Positions 9,429 through 19,600 of a stretch of DNA of 64,000 nt are shown one piece after another; the stretch's first letter is position 1; the number at the start of each line of letters is the position of its first letter. This DNA comes from Acidobacteriota bacterium. Lineage in GTDB: Bacteria > Acidobacteriota > UBA6911 > RPQK01 > JAJDTT01. The stretch is taken from positions 3,616,001-3,680,000 of the forward strand of contig OZ242374.1 of the NCBI GenBank assembly GCA_965209055.1, written 5' to 3'. The notes below the pieces were generated by a model. It worked only from the letters and a program-made list of their open reading frames with translations, had not been told where the DNA came from and made no database searches. The translations under genes and the position numbers were made by a program.

Positions 9429-10352
9429 ATGGAAGTCGAACTGGAAGTCGAACCGAAAGAGAGTCTGCTGAGCCGGATCGGCAACACGCCGTTGGTGGAG
9501 ATCCGAAGGATTCTGCCGCCGGGCCGGGTCCGAATCCTGGCAAAGCTGGAGGGATTCAATCCCGGCGGATCGGTCAAGGACCGGGCCGCGTACAACATGA
9601 TCCGGACCGCCGAGGAACAGGGATTGCTGCGGCCGGGGCGCACGCTCATCGACTCCACCAGCGGAAATACGGGAATCGCATACGCCATGATCGGAGCCGC
9701 CCGGGGTTACGATGTCCTGTTGGCCATGCCCGCCAATGCCAGCATCGAACGGAAGAAGATTCTGCGGGCCTATGGCGCCAGGATTCGTCTGACCGATCCG
9801 TTGGAGGGCTCTGACGGAGCCATCCGGGAGATCCGCAGGCTCTACCGGGAGTCGCCGGAAAAATATTTCTACCCGGACCAATACAGCAATGACGCGAACT
9901 GGAAGGCCCACTACGAGACTACGGCGCTGGAAATCTACCGCCAGACCGGGGGCGAAATCACCCACTTCGTGGCGGGCCTGGGAACGAGTGGAACCTTTGT
10001 TGGAGCGACCCGCCGTCTCAAGGAGCTGAACCCTCGGATTCAGGCCGTCTCCTTCATGCCCGATTCCCCCTTCCATGGCCTGGAGGGCCTCAAGCACATG
10101 CCCACGGCGCTGGTTCCCGCCATCTACGATCCCGATCTGGCCGACTTGAATATGGAGATATCCACCGAAGCGGGGCAGCGGATGGTCCTGAGGCTGGCGC
10201 GGGAAGAGGGAATATTTGCGGGGATCTCCGCCGGCGCGGCCCTGGCGGCCGCGCTCGAGGTCGCTCGGAATCTGGATCAGGGCGTCATCGTGGCCATCTT
10301 CCCGGATTCGGGAGACAAGTACCTCTCGGAGGCATTCTGGGAGAGTGATTGA
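9429..10352 (+). CDS. cysM: Cysteine synthase (CysM/CysK family)
   Basis: IGNTPLV, KLEGFNPGGSVKDR, TSGNTG, GLGTSGT, PDSGDKYLS. Confidence 0.85.
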   Translation: MEVELEVEPKESLLSRIGNTPLVEIRRILPPGRVRILAKLEGFNPGGSVKDRAAYNMIRTAEEQGLLRPGRTLIDSTSGNTGIAYAMIGAARGYDVLLAMPANASIERKKILRAYGARIRLTDPLEGSDGAIREIRRLYRESPEKYFYPDQYSNDANWKAHYETTALEIYRQTGGEITHFVAGLGTSGTFVGATRRLKELNPRIQAVSFMPDSPFHGLEGLKHMPTALVPAIYDPDLADLNMEISTEAGQRMVLRLAREEGIFAGISAGAALAAALEVARNLDQGVIVAIFPDSGDKYLSEAFWESD

Positions 10353-10783
10353 TGCTCTATTTGAAACCGGAGGACCTGGAGCGCATCAAGGTTATTGCCG
10401 AAGCGGCCTATCCTCACGAGTGCTGCGGACTCCTGGTCGGTTCGGCGGGAACCGGCTTCAAGCGGGTATCGCGGGTAGTGGAGGCGCAGAACCAGAGGAG
10501 CGACAGCGCGGCCAATCGATACCTGATCGCGCCCGAGTTCCTGTTGGAATGGGAAAAGCGGCTCCGGGGGAGTCAATCGCAGATATTGGGTTTTTTTCAT
10601 AGCCACCCCGACGTGCCGGCCCGTCCGTCCCAGTATGATCGGGACCATGCGTGGCCCTGGTACTCGTACCTGATCGCTTCGGTGCGCCGCGGCAGGACGG
10701 CGGAGATATTGTCCTGGCTCCTGATGGAGGACCGCTCCAGCTTCGAGCCGGAAGAATGGGAATTGGAATCCCAGGGATCTTGA
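10352..10783 (+). CDS. M67/JAMM (Mec-like) metallopeptidase
   Basis: PHECCGLL and HSHPD...PS.YD JAMM motif; TGATG coupling to cysM. Confidence 0.9.
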   Translation: MLYLKPEDLERIKVIAEAAYPHECCGLLVGSAGTGFKRVSRVVEAQNQRSDSAANRYLIAPEFLLEWEKRLRGSQSQILGFFHSHPDVPARPSQYDRDHAWPWYSYLIASVRRGRTAEILSWLLMEDRSSFEPEEWELESQGS

Positions 10784-10814
10784 GATCTGTTCGTATCCGA
10801 TTAGGAGGAAAGCC

Positions 10815-12242
10815 ATGGCTGTCAAGGTGTTCATTCCCACTCCCCTGAGGCCCCATGTGGGCAACCGGGAGTCCTTGGAGTTGGAGGGAGCCACCATACG
10901 GGAGGTGCTGCAGAGCCTCACGGAGCAACACGGAACGCTCCGCAAGCACCTTTACACTCCCCAGGGGCGCCTGAGGAATTTCGTCAACGTCTATTTGAAC
11001 GACGAAGACATTCGATACCTGCAGAGGGAGGACACGGCCGTCAGCGACGGCGACACGGTCAGCATCGTTCCCTCCATCGCCGGCGGCAGTGTGGCGGCTG
11101 CCCCGCCAGGCCTCCTCACGCATGAGGAGATCCGGCGGTACAGTCGCCACCTGATCATGCCCGAGGTGGGTTTGGAGGGGCAGCGAAAGCTGAAGCAGGC
11201 CAGCGTCCTGTGCATCGGCGCCGGCGGCCTGGGGTCACCCCTGGCCATGTACCTGGCGGCGGCCGGAGTGGGCCGCCTGGGAATCGTGGATTTCGACGTG
11301 GTGGACGAGAGCAACCTGCAGCGGCAGATCCTTCATGGAACCGGCGACGTGGGGCGGCCCAAGCTGGAGTCGGCGCAGGAAACGTTGTCTCAAATCAATC
11401 CTCACGTCCAGGTGGAGACCCACCAGTTAAGACTCAGCTCCGAGAACGCCCTCGACCTGTTCCGGTACTACGACGTCGTCGCCGACGGAACCGACAACTT
11501 TCCCACCCGATATCTGGTCAACGACGCCTGTGTGTTGAGCGGAAAACCGAACGTCTATGCCAGCATCTTCCGGTTCGAGGGCCAGGCGTCGGTTTTCGCG
11601 CTGCCGGACGGACCCTGCTATCGCTGCCTCTACCCGGAGCCGCCACCCCCGGGTCTGGTGCCCTCGTGTGCCGAAGGGGGAGTCCTGGGGATTCTTCCGG
11701 GGCTGGTGGGGATCATCCAGGCGACCGAAGTCGTGAAGCTGATCCTGGAGCAGGGGGATCCCCTGGAGGGGCGGCTGCTCCTGTTCGACGCCCTGGGCAT
11801 GAAATTCCGGGAGCTGAAGCTGCGCAGAGACCCGGAATGCCCGGTTTGCGGTGATGAACCCACCTTGCACGATCTCATCGACTACGAACAGTTTTGCGGA
11901 ATCGAGCCTGAGTCAGCGACCGCAGTCGAGGAAATCTCGGCCGTGGAGCTGAAGCAGGAATTGGACCGGGGCGACGACGTCTTCATTCTGGACGTGCGCA
12001 ACCCGCCCGAGTACGAGATCTGCCGAATCGACGGGGCCCACCTGATCCCCTTGGGAGATCTGCTCAACCGGATCAACGAGTTGGACACCTCGCGGGAGAT
12101 CGTGGCCCAGTGCCGGTCGGGCGCCCGGAGCGCCCAGGCCGTGCAGCTATTGCGTCAGGCGGGCTTCCGGAAGGTCCGGAATCTGGAGGGCGGAATCCTG
12201 GCCTGGGCCCGGGACGTGGACCCCACCGTCCCAGCATACTGA
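10815..12242 (+). CDS. moeZ: MoaD/CysO-like sulfur carrier fused to MoeB/MoeZ adenylyltransferase and rhodanese
   Basis: Ubl domain ending SIAGG (aa 90-91), RYSRHL, GAGGLG, SNLQRQ, CYRC, CPVC, rhodanese CRSGARS. Confidence 0.9.
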   Translation: MAVKVFIPTPLRPHVGNRESLELEGATIREVLQSLTEQHGTLRKHLYTPQGRLRNFVNVYLNDEDIRYLQREDTAVSDGDTVSIVPSIAGGSVAAAPPGLLTHEEIRRYSRHLIMPEVGLEGQRKLKQASVLCIGAGGLGSPLAMYLAAAGVGRLGIVDFDVVDESNLQRQILHGTGDVGRPKLESAQETLSQINPHVQVETHQLRLSSENALDLFRYYDVVADGTDNFPTRYLVNDACVLSGKPNVYASIFRFEGQASVFALPDGPCYRCLYPEPPPPGLVPSCAEGGVLGILPGLVGIIQATEVVKLILEQGDPLEGRLLLFDALGMKFRELKLRRDPECPVCGDEPTLHDLIDYEQFCGIEPESATAVEEISAVELKQELDRGDDVFILDVRNPPEYEICRIDGAHLIPLGDLLNRINELDTSREIVAQCRSGARSAQAVQLLRQAGFRKVRNLEGGILAWARDVDPTVPAY

Positions 12243-12838
12243 CCCACGCCGTGTCCGGTTCGCCGGAGGCGATCCACCTGCTCCGGCAGGTTGATGTTGG
12301 TCACCACGCCCGAGTCCACAACGGACACCAGCAGCTGGGAACTCAACCGGCGCCTCACCACCCAGCGCGCTCCCTGGTTCATCGGGGCTTGCTTCAGCTC
12401 GGCAAAGAACCGTTGCGGGAAGAGCACCGGGTGTCCCTTCTTTCCACGGTGCCGGGGAATCAGGATGCAGGCGGGACACCGGGAATGTTCCCGGAGCAGG
12501 GCGCGGAGAGTGGACTGGGCCACGAGGGGGTGGTCCACGGCGTGCACCAGCGCGGCGTCGTAGCCATCGAGTTCCTTCAGAACCAGAAGGAGGCTGGAGA
12601 GGGGACCGCGGTCCGGATCGGGGTTCACCAGGACCCGGGCTGCCGCCGGTTCGAGCCGGCTCCGGATCTGGCGATGTTGCCGTCCCAGCACCACCCAGGG
12701 GTCAGTGCCGAGAGTCAGGTGGCAGTCGAGAACATGTTGCAGAAAGGTTTTACGCCCCAGTGGGAGCAGGGCCTTGGGGCGCCCCATGCGGCGGGAGTCG
12801 CCTGCGGCCAGAATCACGGAGGCGACCCGGTTCAGCAT
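12155..12838 (-). CDS. MocA/MobA-like nucleotidyltransferase
   Basis: ILAAGDSRRMGRPKALL, VDHP, GHPVLF; overlaps the convergent moeZ 3' end. Confidence 0.85.
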   Translation of the reverse strand: MLNRVASVILAAGDSRRMGRPKALLPLGRKTFLQHVLDCHLTLGTDPWVVLGRQHRQIRSRLEPAAARVLVNPDPDRGPLSSLLLVLKELDGYDAALVHAVDHPLVAQSTLRALLREHSRCPACILIPRHRGKKGHPVLFPQRFFAELKQAPMNQGARWVVRRRLSSQLLVSVVDSGVVTNINLPEQVDRLRRTGHGVGQYAGTVGSTSRAQARIPPSRFRTFRKPA

Positions 12839-13039
12839 GGGATGGTAGAATATCAGCCCGTGGCAAAAGTCGTCACGGCATTCGACCGTCCCTGCACAGG
12901 CGCGGACTGCGTTGCTATGGGCGCACATACTCCCGGTATGCGCGCCGTAAGCGCCTTGTCCGGCGGGCGCAGGAACGGTTTCGGTGCTCGCGGGACTTTC
13001 ACCACGGACTGATAGACGAAGCAGGAGTACCGGCAGGAA

Positions 13040-13366
13040 ATGTCCATCACGATCACAGAAGCGGCTGCGGACAGGATCAAGCAGGGCCTCCACCAGGAGG
13101 GGCTCAGCCGAGGCGGACTTCGCCTGGGAGTCCGCGGAGGCGGATGTTCCGGACTGAGCTACGTCATGCGGTTCGAGGAGGAGAAGAAGCCGGGTGACCG
13201 GATCTTCGAAGCGTATGGCGTGCAGGTCTTCGTGGATATGAAGAGCTATCTTTTCCTGAAGGGCATGGGCCTGGACTGGCAGGGGTCGATGATGCAGCAG
13301 GGGTTCACCTTCGTGAATCCCAATGCCTCCCGAACCTGCAGTTGCGGGCAGTCCTTCGGAATCTGA
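13040..13366 (+). CDS. HesB/IscA family A-type Fe-S carrier
   Basis: GGCSGLSY, NPNASRTCSCGQSF. Confidence 0.92.
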   Translation: MSITITEAAADRIKQGLHQEGLSRGGLRLGVRGGGCSGLSYVMRFEEEKKPGDRIFEAYGVQVFVDMKSYLFLKGMGLDWQGSMMQQGFTFVNPNASRTCSCGQSFGI

Positions 13367-13424
13367 CTGCCGCGGCGCCTCCGAACCCTTGCGTCGTCAC
13401 GGACCGCGGTGACCCGGCGGAGAA

Positions 13425-13781
13425 TCAGGCGGGCCGGGTCAGGGTCACGGCCACCTCACTCAGTTTTTCCTTCAGTTCTGCAGGCCGTTTTCTGACCGTC
13501 ACCTGAACCCGGTCAATAGGGTTTTCCTCCAGCACGCGCTGGCAGAGAGTCCGGGCCAGCGCCTCCACCAGAAGATACTCCCTCTTGGCGGCGATGGCCC
13601 GCACGCGGTCCACAACCTTCACGTAGTCCACCGTCAGGTCGATGGAATCGCTGTTGCCGGCCGCCTCCAGGTCCAGGCCCAGGTCCAGATCGACCCGGAT
13701 CGATTGGGGCCGCGCTCGTTCCTCGCGGGTCACGCCGATGCGGGACCGGCACTCGATGTCCAGCAGACGGAGGCTATCCAT
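13425..13781 (-). CDS. folB: Dihydroneopterin aldolase
   Basis: IGVTREER..PQ, TVDY, LLVEALA, VRK. Confidence 0.85.
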   Translation of the reverse strand: MDSLRLLDIECRSRIGVTREERARPQSIRVDLDLGLDLEAAGNSDSIDLTVDYVKVVDRVRAIAAKREYLLVEALARTLCQRVLEENPIDRVQVTVRKRPAELKEKLSEVAVTLTRPA

Positions 13782-13986
13782 GTCGGGCTTCGCATGCGAA
13801 CCGCCGGGGCGACCGGGCAGCCGCGGGCGTTCGGATGAGTCGGGCAACCGGCCGGGTTGCGATCGAGTCGCCGCGCCTTGGCCGGAAGCCGCTCCCGGTC
13901 GCGGCGTCACGCGGGATTCTCGCCGGCGGGGCGAGTTTACTCGATTCGCCGGGCCGAGTATATTGTGCCCCCAAGAGGAGGTCGCC

Positions 13987-14697
13987 ATGGGAATCGGTCG
14001 CGGAGTCGGGATCCAGTATCTGGGTCACAGTACGTTTCTGTTCACGTCACCGTCGGGACGGAAGGTGTTGATCGATCCCTGGACCGAAAACAACCCGGCC
14101 TGTCCCAAGGAGGCGGCGCAGATCGACTCGCTGGATGTCATCTTGGTGACCCACGGGCATTTCGATCATATTCAGGATGCCGTGAGTCTGGCCACCCGGC
14201 TGGAGCCGCAGGTCGTCTGCATCTTTGAGATCGCCAACTGGCTGGAAAACAAGGGCGTCTCCAACATCGTGGCCATGAACAAGGGTGGAACCGTGACCGT
14301 GGAGGGTCTCCGCGTCACCATGGTGGACGCCCGGCACAGTTCCGGGATCATGGCTGACGACGGCACCATGATCGAGGGTGGAGAGCCCGCCGGTTACGTG
14401 GTGGAGTTCGAAAACGGTCTCCGCATCTATTTCGCCGGCGATACCTGCGTCTTTGGCGATATGAAGATCATCGCCGAGATCTACCAGCCCGAGTTGATCT
14501 TCCTGCCCATCGGAGACCACTTCACCATGGGACCCGTGGAGGCGGCCTATGCGTGCCGGCTGCTGGACGCCCGCAAGGTGATTCCCATGCACTACGGGAC
14601 CTTTCCCATCCTCACCGGCACTCCGGACGAATTGGCCCGGCTGACCCGCGACCTGGGGACCGAGGTCATCGCCATGAGTCCTGGAGAGACTCTTTAG
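13987..14697 (+). CDS. UPF0173 metal-dependent hydrolase (MBL fold)
   Basis: YLGHSTF, THGHFDH, HSS, AGDT, IPMHYGTFP; GAGGAGG RBS. Confidence 0.9.
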   Translation: MGIGRGVGIQYLGHSTFLFTSPSGRKVLIDPWTENNPACPKEAAQIDSLDVILVTHGHFDHIQDAVSLATRLEPQVVCIFEIANWLENKGVSNIVAMNKGGTVTVEGLRVTMVDARHSSGIMADDGTMIEGGEPAGYVVEFENGLRIYFAGDTCVFGDMKIIAEIYQPELIFLPIGDHFTMGPVEAAYACRLLDARKVIPMHYGTFPILTGTPDELARLTRDLGTEVIAMSPGETL

Positions 14698-14781
14698 TCG
14701 TCGAATGCGCCGAGGCGGCCGGAGCCCGGAAGGCTCCCGATATGGGTGGAACCCTCGGTGCGCGCATCACTCCGGCTGAAA

Positions 14782-15786
14782 ATGAACCTTGAAAGTCGGA
14801 ACCAGTACCACTCGGTCCATGCCGGTGTCGGCTGGCGGGACCTTTCGGGCCGGGGAAAGCTCCTGGTGACGGGAGCGGACCGTGTCCGCTTTCTCCATTC
14901 CATGATCAGCAACGACGTCGAGGGTCTGGAGGACTACCAGGGCCGGTATGGCACCTTTCTGACCGCCCGCGGCAAGATGGTTGCCGATTTCTACTACTAC
15001 CGCTTGCCTCAAATGGTCCTCATGGACGTGGACCTTTCCCTGGCCGAGCGGACCCGGGAGGCGCTGGAGACCTACGTCATCATGGACGAGGTGGAGCTTT
15101 CGCTCAGCGGCCGCTTCAGCCACTTCTCGCTCCAGGGTCCGCGGACAGGGGATCTGGTTCGGGCGCTGTTTCAAGCCGAGGTCCCGGCCCAACCCCTTCA
15201 GGCCGTAGAGGCGGATTGGACCGGAGACTCCGCCTTGTTGGTCCATAAGGCGGATGTCGGGGTGGCGGGCTGCGAGATCATATTGTCCACCAATGACGCT
15301 TCGTCTTTTTCCCGGGCCCTGTCGGAGTGGAAGGGACCGTTCCCCGTCCGGAGGCTGGATCCCAAGGTGTGGAACCTGCTTCGAATCGAGGCCGCCATAC
15401 CGCAATTCGGCGTGGACATGGACGATGCCAACTACCCCATGGAGGCTCGCCTGGATTCGGCCATCAGTCTGACCAAGGGATGCTATCTGGGACAGGAGGT
15501 CGTGGCCAAGGCCACCCACATCGGCGGCGTCGGGAGATTTCTCATGGGCTTGGTCCTGGAAGGAGAAGAGACTCCAGAGCCGGGAGCCCGTGTGCTGAGT
15601 CCCGAAGGCAAGGCCATCGGTTCGGTCACCAGTGCCGTTGTTTCGAGGCGTCTGAGGGGGCCCATCGCCCTGGGGTACGTGAGGCGGGCCTTCGCCCGTC
15701 CCGGACAGGTTCTCGACGTGGAGCTGGGTCCCGGGAGTCAGGCCAAGGCGCGGGTTGTGGACCGCTTCACGGGTGAGGAAGCGTGA
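14782..15786 (+). CDS. YgfZ/GcvT family folate-binding protein
   Basis: KGCYLGQE motif typical of YgfZ; LRIEAAIP. Confidence 0.88.
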   Translation: MNLESRNQYHSVHAGVGWRDLSGRGKLLVTGADRVRFLHSMISNDVEGLEDYQGRYGTFLTARGKMVADFYYYRLPQMVLMDVDLSLAERTREALETYVIMDEVELSLSGRFSHFSLQGPRTGDLVRALFQAEVPAQPLQAVEADWTGDSALLVHKADVGVAGCEIILSTNDASSFSRALSEWKGPFPVRRLDPKVWNLLRIEAAIPQFGVDMDDANYPMEARLDSAISLTKGCYLGQEVVAKATHIGGVGRFLMGLVLEGEETPEPGARVLSPEGKAIGSVTSAVVSRRLRGPIALGYVRRAFARPGQVLDVELGPGSQAKARVVDRFTGEEA

Positions 15787-16634
15787 CTGAGGCGCGCGAT
15801 CCGGACAAACTGACCCGAATCGCACGCATGGACCTGAGGGAGATCGAAGAGGAGTTCGTCTCCCTGGCCGACATGCAGCGCCGCATCATGCCCGATCCGG
15901 GTCGGGTCACGGCGTATGCCGACTACGACATCTACGGCGTCACCCTTCCCACCGCAGTGGTCGGCGGAGATTTCTACGACTTCATCAACCTGGAAGGACG
16001 GTTCGACCTCAAGGACCGTTTCGGCGTCGTCATTGCCGATGCCGCCGGTCACGGCCTGGTGGCGGCGATGCTGATCCGCGATTTCAACACGGCCCTGTAT
16101 ACGGCCATCGCCTTCGAGGCGGCCTACGCCCAGGATACGACCAATCTCCTCTTCTCCAAGATCAACCGCCGCATGTTCCGGTCATCCCGACCCGACCAGT
16201 TTATCTCCGCGTTCTACGCAGAGGTTCACAAAGACGGCATCGTCCGGTACATCAACGCCGGCCACTTCAGCCCCCTGATCCTGAAGCGGGATCGAATCGA
16301 GACCCTGGACCTGGGCGGTCTGGTCCTGGGGGCCTTCTGGACGCCACCCATTGAGTACGAAGTGGGAGAAACGCGGATGGGGATGGGCGATGTGCTCGTC
16401 GGCTATACCGACGGCCTCATCGAGACTCGTAACGGGGAGGGCAGGGAATACGGCGTCGAGGCCCTGCGACGGCTGGCCTGGTCCAACCGGGGCCGTTCCG
16501 CCAAGGAGATGTGCGACACCATCATGGCGGATGTCGCGGCCTTCGGCGGCGCCGGCCGGCAGAACGACGACCGGACCATCATCGCCATCAAGAAAGACCC
16601 CATCAAGGAAGTCGGTCCAGCCAATCTGGATTGA
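15783..16634 (+). CDS. PP2C/SpoIIE family Ser/Thr phosphatase
   Basis: VGGDFYD, IADAAGHG, NAGH, YTDGLIE, DDRT. Confidence 0.9.
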   Translation: MTEARDPDKLTRIARMDLREIEEEFVSLADMQRRIMPDPGRVTAYADYDIYGVTLPTAVVGGDFYDFINLEGRFDLKDRFGVVIADAAGHGLVAAMLIRDFNTALYTAIAFEAAYAQDTTNLLFSKINRRMFRSSRPDQFISAFYAEVHKDGIVRYINAGHFSPLILKRDRIETLDLGGLVLGAFWTPPIEYEVGETRMGMGDVLVGYTDGLIETRNGEGREYGVEALRRLAWSNRGRSAKEMCDTIMADVAAFGGAGRQNDDRTIIAIKKDPIKEVGPANLD

Positions 16635-19600
16635 GCGTCGACTGATCCCAACTCGACAGAGGATTGGTGCCGAAGGTCTTGGGAGCCTCGGCGATATCCG
16701 CGAAGGGAACGGCAGCGGCTTTCTTACCTTCCATCCGGCCCTGCTTCTCCCCCGAATCGGAATCTCGTTTGGCCCCGGACGCAGGTGCTGCCGTTGATGG
16801 GTCAAAGTGCCGCCTTCGACAAGTCTGTCAAGAACGGTCTTGAAGCGTGACCGAATACCCGGACCGACCCTTTTGAATCCGAATAGTCGGGCAGCCTCGT
16901 TGATGGCGCCAGTTTCGTCGATTCCGTGGCTCGCCCGAACGGCGTGAAGTAGAGCTGCCCCGAGTTCCTGTGGTGAGATCAGATCGATTTTGCGCATCGC
17001 TGGGGGCAGGCCGTCACGGCGTCGAAGCGGAACCTGTTTGTGGTCGTGACGCCACAGGAAGTTGTCCAGCCGATAGATTTTTCCTTGCCGGACGGCTTCG
17101 TTGGCAGCAGTCCGGATTCGATTTCGAATTCGACTGCCGACCCGCTTCACACCGGCCGCGGTGGCAATTCGGCGCGCGACCTCTTGCAGGTGTACCGGAC
17201 TCTCCACTTGAACTACTTGGAGAATCCAGTTCATCACATGCCCGGACCACACTTCATGGAGTTCCTGACCCAATAGGCGGACCCCTGGTTTTCCCAGGAG
17301 GTATGGATCGGCAACCTGCTGTGCGGCCTCTGGGATCCGAACGCGAGAAATTGGAGCCGGGTGACGTTGGGGTCTCTTGGGAGCACGTTTGCTGAAGGAA
17401 TCGTCCCGCATGGCTCGCTGGATCGCATCTTCGACCTTCTCCATTTCCCGCTCGGGTTGATGGAACCAGTCGGTGCTCCAGATTCGATGAATCGTCCAGC
17501 CCAGGCCCTCGAGTACCTGCTGCCGGAGACGGTCTCGATCCCGAGCCGAGCGGGCGCTGTGGTAAGTGGCGCCGTCGCATTCGATTCCCAGCAGATAACG
17601 TCCCGGACGATCCGGGTCGATGATGCCCAGGTCCACGAAAAAACCGCTGGAGCCGATCTGGTGATCCACGGAGTGGCCGCTCTCTTTCAATCTGGCAGCG
17701 ACAGCCTCTTCGAATGGGGAGTCGGCCTCACCCCCCGATGGTCGCGGGACTTCAAGAATTCCACTCGCCGCGTACTTCAGAAAGGTCTGGAGTGCTTGGA
17801 CGCCGCGGGCGTTGGTTCGCCTCAGGTCCAGATCCTCGGAATTGAAGTTCGAGTAGACGACGCAACGCCGGCGGGCCCGCGTAATCAACACGTTCAGCCG
17901 CCTCTCGCCGCCGTCCTGGTTGAGCGGGCCGAAATTCATCGCCATGCGCCCGTCCTCGGTTTTGCCGTAGCCAATGCTGATCAAGATCACATCCCGTTCG
18001 TCGCCCTGGACGTTCTCAAGGTTCTTGACGAAAAACGGCTCGTCCGGGTGCTTGGCGAAGAATGATTCGCGTGAGGGATCCTGGCGGCGGAGAATCTCCA
18101 ACTCGTCTTCAATCCGTCGGGCCTGGGCAATACTGAAAGCGGCGACTCCCAGTGTCAGATCGGGTTGAGTTTGTGCATGATTCATCACCGCTTTGGCCAC
18201 CGCATGTGCCTCTCCTCGATTGAACCTCCGCCGGGCGCCTCGTTCGTAAAAGGTGTCGGGATCACACCGAAACTGAAGTCCAACCTCCCGCCTCTGCGCG
18301 TCCGGACTCGGAAAGATCACGAGCCGATTCTCATAGAACTCGTGATTCGAAACGGCGATCAGCGATTCATGACGGCTTCGGTAATGCCAACGCAGCATCC
18401 GCTCCGGGGCTCCTTGAGCGGCAAAAAGTCCCAATATGCTTTCGATATCGCTCGTGGCGAATTGATCCTCTTCTTCCTCCCCCTCGACAATCCGTTCGAA
18501 AAAACGAGTGGGAGGAAGCTGTTTGCTGTCACCAACTACAATCGACTGCCGGGCGCGGCGGATGGCGCCCATGGCTTCAACCGGCTTGACCTGACTGGCT
18601 TCGTCGAATATCACGAGGTCGAAGCGGACCGATTCCGGAGGTATGAATTTGGCGACAGAGAGCGGGCTCATCATGAAGATCGGTTTGATCTGTTGAATCG
18701 CGTTTCCGGCCATGGCCATGAGCCGACGCAGGGGAAGATGTCTCCTCTTCTTTTCGAACTCACGCCTCAGGACGGCGAGTTGTCCGCCGCCATGATGACG
18801 TGGTAGCCGCTCCCAATGAGCCTGAGCGACGAGAGCCCGATTGTGCTGGAAGAAATCCATGTCCAGCTTGCAGAATTCTTCGATGAACTTCTGATGCATG
18901 CCTCCTTCGAATTCGGTCAGAACCGGCCGTTCTTGGAAGGCTTTCTCAATCAGGGCAACGAACCAGCTTCGCTCGAAGAGATCGACCAGATGAACGCCGG
19001 CGTGTTTCCAGGAACCGGCCATTGAGATCGTTTCCTGAAGGCCGGCGTCGACCAGCCGTTTTTCGATGCTGTTGTAGCGGACGATTTCGCGAAGCGAGTC
19101 AATCTGGTTCGCGGCGGTATCGAGCCAGATTTCCAATTCGGAGAATGGACGATCCGTCGGTCCGGTTCCTGAGCGTGCGCCCGAAGCGTTGTATTCCAGA
19201 ACCTTGGCCACGGCTTCGAGGGCGCCGGAGAGACTTTCTGAGTCAGTATTGCAGGTCTCGACCAGGGAATCTGAATCCTCGCCGTCCAGATCGCGATCCA
19301 GCAGTTCGTGGATTCGCTCATCAACGGCTTCGCCCGCTATCTCCTGGTGAAGAACGAGTAGCCAATTGATCACCTCGCTCAGGTGACGATTCTTGGCCGG
19401 ATTCCGATCCAGCCTGACTCGGGGGAAGAGGCGTGCCAGGAGCCGGGAGCCCTCGATCCGTTGTCGGAGGCGCTGTTCACGGAGAATCGCCTCGACGATT
19501 CTCAATTGAGCCGATCCTTCGGAAGGGAGATCGCGCCGGCAAAGGCAGTACAATCCAGCGCGGGCAGCGCGGTAATTTCCGGATAGAAACCGCCACCACT

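Noticed and set aside
12155-12242. 88 bp convergent overlap of the MocA-like gene and moeZ
   Set aside because: Short tail overlaps are common in GC-rich genomes; no evidence of function
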